A stretch of DNA of 64,000 nt from an uncultured Dehalococcoidales bacterium (GTDB taxonomy: Bacteria > Chloroflexota > Dehalococcoidia > GIF9 > AB-539-J10): contig CAZEQL010000001.1 of the NCBI GenBank assembly GCA_964514415.1, positions 6,510 to 70,509 of the forward strand. Reading direction: 5' to 3'. A model generated the notes under the pieces. It was not told the DNA's origin. It made no database searches and saw nothing but the letters and a program-made list of their open reading frames with translations. Shown here piece by piece: positions 58,370 through 64,000 of the stretch; positions within the stretch are counted from its first letter, which is position 1; each line of letters starts with the position of its first letter. Made by a program: the position numbers and the translations under genes.

Positions 58370-58845
58370 CCTTTGCCATTGCGAGCCGAAGGCATGGCAA
58401 TCCTCCACCACGCCTGATAAATCAGGCAACTACAAAGCACTATAAACATGGGTCTGTAGGTGTGGGTCTGTAGGTGTGGGTCTGTAGGTGTGGGTCTGTA
58501 GGTGTGGGTCTGTAGGTGTGGGTCTTCAGACCCACACATCGAGGCTAAAGCCTCGATGCTACGATTATCTATCGTAGGGGAGGGTCTTGTGCCCTCCCAG
58601 GGGTTGAGGCGGGGATAAACCCCGCCACTACGGTTACGTATGGTTACTCCGTAGGGGAGAGGCTTGTCCTCTCCCAATTGATCTTCCCCCTAGCACCCCC
58701 CTTTTGTCATCCTGAGCTCTTCGCTTCCTGTCATCCTGAGCTCTTCGCTTCCTGTCATTCTGAGCGTAGCGAAGAATCTCACACGGCTCAGGGCAAGCTC
58801 CGCGAAGGCTCTCACCCCAACCCCCCAGCCTCTTGCTTGATCATC
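58370..58845. repeat. repeat mosaic with a 14-bp microsatellite (ggtctgtaggtgtg x5, 58451-58520) ending in the palindrome gtgggtcttcagacccac, and a 24-bp tandem repeat x2-3 (tgtcatcctgagctcttcgcttcc, 58705-58776)
   Basis: Direct reading. Unexpanded versions of the same module (gggtctaaagaccc / gggtctgtagaccc) occur at 53088, 53295, 55841, 57449. Confidence 0.7.
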
Positions 58846-59011
58846 ATTTCGCTTCTATTATCAATTACATCATTAAAAGCTTGACAAATCACCCTTTATG
58901 CCCTAATGTCAGGTTGGAAAAGAAGTCCCTCCACAGAGGTAGCCTTTGGCCCGGGTATGTTAATATGAAAGGCCGCAGGCTAAGGATAGGGAGACATAGG
59001 GGGTATCAGAG

Positions 59012-59290
59012 ATGCAGAAGTTACTTACCACTAAAGAGGTTGCCGACATGCTGAGGATGCGAATAGAAACAATCACCCGCAAAGCTGAGCAGGGGCTTCT
59101 GCCAGCTATTAAGGTAGGTGGTAGATGGCGAATCCCTCAGGGTCGCCTTGATGAGTGGCTGAGGGAGAAAGAGGCAATCTCTCCAATGACAAGAGGGGCA
59201 AAGTTAGAAAAGCCTATCAAGTTAAAAACCTACCACATGGGAGAGATTCGTGGCGCCCTTTCCAGGAGAGAGATTTATGAGGATATGTAA
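59012..59290 (+). CDS. helix-turn-helix (excisionase/MerR-like HTH_17) DNA-binding protein, putative antitoxin (copy 1)
   Basis: 92 aa. N-terminal LLTTKEVADMLRMRIETITR HTH. Stop overlaps the PIN gene start (ATGTAATG). Confidence 0.6.
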   Translation: MQKLLTTKEVADMLRMRIETITRKAEQGLLPAIKVGGRWRIPQGRLDEWLREKEAISPMTRGAKLEKPIKLKTYHMGEIRGALSRREIYEDM

Positions 59291-59730
59291 TGAATGACCT
59301 CGTCTTTCTCGACGCCAATATATTAATCTATGCTGCTAATGAGGACAGTCCTTATCACGCCAACGCCAGGGATATAATCGAGAGAGTAAACAGCGGGGAG
59401 CTTAAAGCTTGTGTATCATCCCAGGTATTAGCTGAATTCTACGCTGTAGTGACCAACCCTAAGAAGATGAGCCAACCCTTAAGCCCGGATGAAGCTGCTG
59501 AGGCTATCAACGGATATCTGGAATCTAATATCCCCAAGCTTTACCTCAGGGAGAGCACCTTAAGGCTCACTCTGGAATTGGCAATGCGCTATCAGGTTAG
59601 GGGATTGGACATTTTCGATACCCAGATTGTGGCTACCATGCTGGAGAACAGGGTCAAGACGATTTATACCGTTAATGAAGCGAATTTCCGAAGGTTTGAG
59701 GGAATAGAAATAGCGAATCCACTAAAATAA
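59290..59730 (+). CDS. PIN-domain ribonuclease, VapC-like toxin (copy 1)
   Basis: 146 aa. FLDANILIYA with conserved acidic residues (D8, E43-region, D97-region). Typical VapC length. Confidence 0.7.
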   Translation: MNDLVFLDANILIYAANEDSPYHANARDIIERVNSGELKACVSSQVLAEFYAVVTNPKKMSQPLSPDEAAEAINGYLESNIPKLYLRESTLRLTLELAMRYQVRGLDIFDTQIVATMLENRVKTIYTVNEANFRRFEGIEIANPLK

Positions 59731-60066
59731 GGACAAACCCACTTAAAATTGCCCTCTCCAGTATCCTTCCTGATTGAGGGAGAGGACTCCCTCAGCGACC
59801 AACCCTTTTGCCATTGCGAGCCGAAGGCGTGGCAATCCCCCACTACGCCTGATAAATCAGGCAACTACAAAACATCATCCTGACCCCTTCGCCTCCTGTC
59901 ATTTCGCTTCTATTATCAATTACATCATTAAAAGCTTGACAGATTACCTTTTATGCCCTAATATCAGGCTGGAAAAGAAGTTTCTCCACAGAGGTAGCCT
60001 TTGGCCCGGGTATGTTAATATGAAAGGCCGCAGGCTAAGGATAGGGAGACATAGGGGGTATCAGAG

Positions 60067-60345
60067 ATGCAGAAGTTACTTACCACTAAAGAGGTTGCCG
60101 ACATGCTGAGGATGCGAATAGAAACAATCACCCGCAAAGCTGAGCAGGGGCTTCTGCCAGCTATTAAGGTAGGTGGTAGATGGCGAATCCCTCAGGGTCG
60201 CCTTGATGAGTGGCTGAGGGAGAAAGAGGCAATCTCTCCAATGACAAGAGGGGCAAAGTTAGAAAAGCCTATCAAGTTAAAAACCTACCACATGGGAGAG
60301 ATTCGTGGCGCCCTTTCCAGGAGAGAGATTTATGAGGATATGTAA
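60067..60345 (+). CDS. HTH DNA-binding putative antitoxin (copy 2, identical protein)
   Basis: Identical to the 59012 product. Confidence 0.6.
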   Translation: MQKLLTTKEVADMLRMRIETITRKAEQGLLPAIKVGGRWRIPQGRLDEWLREKEAISPMTRGAKLEKPIKLKTYHMGEIRGALSRREIYEDM

Positions 60346-60785
60346 TGAATGACCTCGTCTTTCTCGACGCCAATATATTAATCTATGCTGCTAATGAGGA
60401 CAGTCCTTATCACGCCAACGCCAGGGATATAATCGAGAGAGTAAACAGCGGGGAGCTTAAAGCTTGTGTATCATCCCAGGTATTAGCTGAATTCTACGCT
60501 GTAGTGACCAACCCTAAGAAGATGAGCCAACCCTTAAGCCCGGATGAAGCTGCTGAGGCTATCAACGGATATCTGGAATCTAATATCCCCAAGCTTTACC
60601 TCAGGGAGAGCACCTTAAGGCTCACTCTGGAATTGGCAATGCGCTATCAGGTTAGGGGATTGGACATTTTCGATACCCAGATTGTGGCTACCATGCTGGA
60701 GAACAGGGTCAAGACGATTTATACTGTTAATGAAGCGGATTTCCGAAGGTTTGAGGGAATAGAAATAGCAAATCCACTAAAATAA
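60345..60785 (+). CDS. PIN-domain VapC-like toxin (copy 2; N137D relative to copy 1)
   Basis: Identical except EANFRRF vs EADFRRF. Confidence 0.7.
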   Translation: MNDLVFLDANILIYAANEDSPYHANARDIIERVNSGELKACVSSQVLAEFYAVVTNPKKMSQPLSPDEAAEAINGYLESNIPKLYLRESTLRLTLELAMRYQVRGLDIFDTQIVATMLENRVKTIYTVNEADFRRFEGIEIANPLK

Positions 60786-61145
60786 GGACATACCCACTTA
60801 AAATTGCCCTCTCCATGATTCTTTCCGATTGAGGGAGAGGACTCTCTCAGCCCTCAAGAAGACGTGGTGTCATTGAGAGCCCCTCTTTTGTCATTGCGAG
60901 CGCAGCGTGGCAATCTCCGCGGAGGGCATATAGAACTTGAGGCGGGGATGAACCCCGCCACTACGGTTATGCTTCGTAGGGTCGGGGCTTGTCCCCGGCC
61001 AAGCCTCCCCCCACCGAGATTGCTTCGTCGCTGCGCTCCTCGCAATGACAGGCGTGGTGTCATTGCGAGCCCCCCTTTGTCATTGCGAGCCGAAGGCGTG
61101 GCAATCCCGGTGGTGGGGTGTCCGCTCGACGAATCCATGGATTAA
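60786..61145. repeat. repeat mosaic (ttgtcattgcgagc(c/g)... / gcggggatgaaccccgcc / gtcggggcttgtccccg modules)
   Basis: Direct reading. Modules are shared with the 52.9-58.7 kb arrays. The two ORFs in the track here (60854..61138 minus, 60864..61145 plus) read through the palindromes on both strands and are discounted. Confidence 0.6.
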
Positions 61146-61398
61146 GGGGTCATGCGACTTATTGGCCAGGACTTATTGACTATGTGAAAAAAGTATGCTA
61201 GCCTTAAATCGAGGTTGAGGTTGATTTGAACCATATCTGAGGGTAAAGTGGAATAGAGGTGGTGAACGAGATGCCACTTAATTAGCAAATCTCAAAAAAT
61301 CCCCCAAAAGTACTGGAAAAGTGAGGGATTTTACTTTTTCTAGCGACTAACTATATGACTAAAGTAATAGTCATTTGGTCTTGATACGGAGGACGAAA

Positions 61399-64000
61399 AT
61401 GAAAAAGATAAATATGAAGAGGATAATGTTTTCTCTGCTCAGCGTGATAATGCTGATTACCATGGCGCTGCCCGCTGCAGCTACACCGGTGCTGGCGGGT
61501 GAAGATGGGGCTGCCAATGTGACTGCAGGCTCAGAAAATGTCATCTCTGTGGACTGCATCGTAATCTCACCCGATGCCGCCTTGATAAAGGCCGGAGGTG
61601 AGGAGAACCAGTCTTACTCCGCTGAGGCTTTTGATGCCAGAGATAACGGCTTGGGCGATGTCACCCAGGATACAAAGTTCACCATACAGCCTGAGGCTGG
61701 TGGAAGCTGGGAAGGTAATACATATATTTCAGGAGAGCCAGGAGACTGGGTAGTAACAGGCACCTATATTAGTGGCGAGGCTGATACCGCGAATTTGTAT
61801 ATTCTGGAAACTGCCGCATATCCCGGCGGCAGCCTTGTTTCGCCACATCGAGCAAGCGTGAGTTCGGGAACTAAGAAACCAGCGAAGCTAACGCCAGTGG
61901 TGGCTGCGTCAATTGGCGACCATGATATAACTTTCGTCAGTCATACCTTTGATGGGACATATTCAACGTGGACGTATAGCGTAACCTCTGGCTCCAGTCC
62001 TGCCTTGAGTCACTGGGCCATATCATGGTGTGATGAAACAGCCATCGAAGATGTTTCTGAAACACCCTGGGAGTACGGAACAGATCCGAATACAGGGATA
62101 ACAGGAATAAAATTCGATAAAGGCTATAGTGGTGGTGAGACGAGAACAGTTTGGTTTAGATTAGAAGGCGACCATGCCGAAGGCCTTGTTAAAGTTGGTA
62201 CTAAGGCTGGTGGCAACATAGCTCATGGCTGGGTAACAGGGCCACTATGCGGTCCGCCCCATCTGGAAACCGCCAAGAGCGCTACGGATGCCTGTATAAA
62301 CGGCGAGGCGGAGATAACGCTTGAGGTTACCGGTGCTGGCGAGCCAGTACCACTCCCACTGGATATCATGCTCATCATAGACCGCTCTGGAAGCATGGAA
62401 GGAGCGAAACTTGCTGCTGCCAAGAGCGCCGCCACAACTTTTGTGAATTTGCTCGACCCCGCTAACGACCGCTCAGGGCTGGTATCCTTTTCATATCGTG
62501 ACTGTTTAAAGTGGTTCCTTTTTTGGTGTATAGAATGGGGTCCTTGGTATGCAATACTTGACCAAGGATTGACACCTATCCAGTCGGATGTAACAACTGC
62601 CATAGCAGGCTTAACGGCCGATGGTAATACTGGCATAGGCGATGGTATTAATATGGCTACCGATGAGCTTATGGGTAATGGCAGGGTTAGGCCACCTGTA
62701 GTTTACGCCGAGATATTGCTTTCTGATGGTAGAAATAATGTCGGGGCTGACCCTATAGATGCAGCATATGATGCTGCCGGCAACAATATTGTCATTTACG
62801 CCATTGGCTTGGGGCCCGATGTCGATGCGGCCCTGATGCAGAATATCGCCGATATAACCGGTGGTACATATTACTATGCGCCAGACGCGAGTGACTTAGA
62901 GCATATATATGAAGAGATTGCCGGAGAGTTATCCAACATAGCCGGCACCAATGTCGTGGTCACCGAGGTTCTGCCCACTGGTGTTAATTATGTGGATGGC
63001 AGCGCCAGTCCTCCGCCGAGTTCCTGGAGTGGACAGACTCTGACCTGGAACCTAGGCATCATCAGCATAGGTGTAACAGAAACCATAACCTTCGATGTCA
63101 CCTTTGACGGTACAATTAGCCCGGGTTCACTGGTAATAGATGTTTATCCCGACACGAGGGTGGACTATACCAATTATGAAAGTCTTCCCGCTTTTGCAGT
63201 ATTTCCTCTGACAGAAATAACGGTATTTGAGGCGCCTACGGCAAGCATTACGCCTGACCCTGCTATAGTGTGTGTAGGCGTTAACCTGCAACTCCATGGC
63301 AATCCTTCGGGGGGCTCTGGCACCTATACCACTCATAGCTGGACTGGAGATGGTGCGGCACATTTATTAGACCCCAATGTACAAAATCCGATTTTTAACT
63401 CAGGTACAGCAGATACATATGACCTGACCTACACTGTGACCGACTCTAATGGTTGTGTAGGCAGCGATGATATTCAGGTCACGGTAGAGCTGTGTCTCTG
63501 CACTCTGACTGTTACCTCCACCGGCTGCTGTGATATACAGGTTGGAAGTCTGGGCACGGTATCTGCGGGTACAAGTAATACCTTTACTGTCCCTTGCGGC
63601 ACTGATGTCACCCTTACGGCTGATGATAGCGATGTCTGTTGTGACTTTGATAACTGGACGGGAGATGCCACTGGCACCGATAACCCCGTTACCATCCACA
63701 TAGATGGAAACAAGAGCGTAACCGGTCACTGCAGCACTGAGCCTGAGCCTACCACGTTAGTGCTTGTGCCCCCAACAGGCAGCAACCCTGTGGGCACAAC
63801 CCATGATTTAACAGCGACAGTCTATGATCAATATGACAATGTGATGGAAGGTGTGGGTGTAACCTGGAGCATAACCGGTGTGGGCTCCTTTTCTGGCACT
63901 CCAGAGAGCCCAACCGATGTCAATGGCCAGGCGGATGCCGTGATCACTTCCAGCGAGACTGGAACAAGCACGGTAAGATGCGAAGTGACAGGCAATACAT
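61399..64000 (+). CDS. very large secreted cell-surface protein (3'-partial at window end) with a VWA domain, DUF11-like and Ig-like/InlB-B-repeat-like domains
   Basis: ATG at 61399 with a signal peptide MKKINMKRIMFSLLSVIMLITMALPAAA. The frame is open to base 64000. VWA MIDAS context DIMLIIDRSGSM...SDG...IGLG. The minus-strand ORFs in the track here are discounted as shadow ORFs. Confidence 0.6.
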   Translation, partial: MKKINMKRIMFSLLSVIMLITMALPAAATPVLAGEDGAANVTAGSENVISVDCIVISPDAALIKAGGEENQSYSAEAFDARDNGLGDVTQDTKFTIQPEAGGSWEGNTYISGEPGDWVVTGTYISGEADTANLYILETAAYPGGSLVSPHRASVSSGTKKPAKLTPVVAASIGDHDITFVSHTFDGTYSTWTYSVTSGSSPALSHWAISWCDETAIEDVSETPWEYGTDPNTGITGIKFDKGYSGGETRTVWFRLEGDHAEGLVKVGTKAGGNIAHGWVTGPLCGPPHLETAKSATDACINGEAEITLEVTGAGEPVPLPLDIMLIIDRSGSMEGAKLAAAKSAATTFVNLLDPANDRSGLVSFSYRDCLKWFLFWCIEWGPWYAILDQGLTPIQSDVTTAIAGLTADGNTGIGDGINMATDELMGNGRVRPPVVYAEILLSDGRNNVGADPIDAAYDAAGNNIVIYAIGLGPDVDAALMQNIADITGGTYYYAPDASDLEHIYEEIAGELSNIAGTNVVVTEVLPTGVNYVDGSASPPPSSWSGQTLTWNLGIISIGVTETITFDVTFDGTISPGSLVIDVYPDTRVDYTNYESLPAFAVFPLTEITVFEAPTASITPDPAIVCVGVNLQLHGNPSGGSGTYTTHSWTGDGAAHLLDPNVQNPIFNSGTADTYDLTYTVTDSNGCVGSDDIQVTVELCLCTLTVTSTGCCDIQVGSLGTVSAGTSNTFTVPCGTDVTLTADDSDVCCDFDNWTGDATGTDNPVTIHIDGNKSVTGHCSTEPEPTTLVLVPPTGSNPVGTTHDLTATVYDQYDNVMEGVGVTWSITGVGSFSGTPESPTDVNGQADAVITSSETGTSTVRCEVTGNT

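Larger units (their letters stand above)
58846..60960 (+). repeat. tandem duplication (2 copies, period about 1057 bp, over 99% identical) of a cassette carrying an HTH-antitoxin-like gene, a PIN-toxin gene and flanking REP-like modules
   Basis: Direct reading. 58846-59902 and 59903-60959 are nearly identical. The encoded 92-aa proteins are identical. The 146-aa proteins differ at one residue (N vs D). Confidence 0.8.

Noticed and set aside
52904-58700. Possibility that the regularly spaced repeats form a CRISPR array.
   Set aside because: There is no constant-length direct repeat alternating with unique spacers. The units are palindromic modules in mixed order and orientation. The 14-bp and 24-bp tandem runs have no spacers. 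No cas genes are present.
57570-60109. ORFs 57570..57956 (128 aa), 58141..58677 (178 aa), 58678..58884, 58833..59054, 59774..60109 translating through repeat arrays (HPDPFAS-type repeats).
   Set aside because: Their sequences are dictated by the tandem/palindromic DNA repeats, they overlap each other on both strands, and they lack start-context support. They are considered non-coding repeat artefacts.

Overview
This 64-kb window looks like a chromosomal segment of an anaerobic, corrinoid-dependent bacterium. Its gene content resembles Dehalococcoidia (Chloroflexota), and GC is roughly 47-48% by eye; both points are inference, since no search was run.

Part 1, by position:
- 1-13.8 kb is housekeeping: serA (5'-partial), a DUF1015 gene, purL-purQ, a YqeY-like gene, rpsU, dtd, a Fur/Zur-like regulator with a Zn/Mn-type ABC transporter (znuABC-like), a methyltransferase, and anaerobic ribonucleotide reductase nrdD-nrdG.
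- 13.8-39 kb is a corrinoid-centred accessory region:
  - (a) A six-gene operon encodes a secreted alpha/alpha-toroid protein, two DUF4430-type surface/lipoproteins, and an ECF transporter (EcfT, fused EcfAA', S component). I read this as a candidate undescribed split-transcobalamin-like B12-capture system.
  - (b) An ABC-2 exporter follows.
  - (c) A BtuF-like binding protein carries a C-terminal EF-hand loop.
  - (d) Two paralogous repeat-rich surface proteins share a conserved C-terminal CARDB + TM-anchor module, which also occurs in the DUF4430 protein.
  - (e) A DUF71/Dph6-like PP-loop ATPase and a small radical SAM enzyme sit between btuF and btuC.
  - (f) btuC-cbiZ-btuD-cbiB-cobD-cobQ-cobA-cobT-cobS-cobU form a corrinoid salvage and remodelling operon.
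- 39-52.7 kb is housekeeping: dnaJ, gpsA, plsY, der, an OTC-family carbamoyltransferase, polA, an AT-rich CrtI-like oxidoreductase that is a probable horizontal acquisition, nfnAB-like genes, and mutM.
- 52.7-64 kb is a tRNA(CAU)-associated, repeat-saturated plastic region:
  - mosaic palindromic REP-like modules arranged in ~207-bp tandem arrays that bracket a two-secreted-protein + ECF-sigma cassette;
  - an S8 subtilase and a DUF2442 gene;
  - a tandemly duplicated (period ~1057 bp) HTH-antitoxin/PIN-toxin module;
  - short VNTRs;
  - the start of a very large VWA-domain surface protein running off the window.

All functional calls come from motif and family recognition by eye. None was verified by search.
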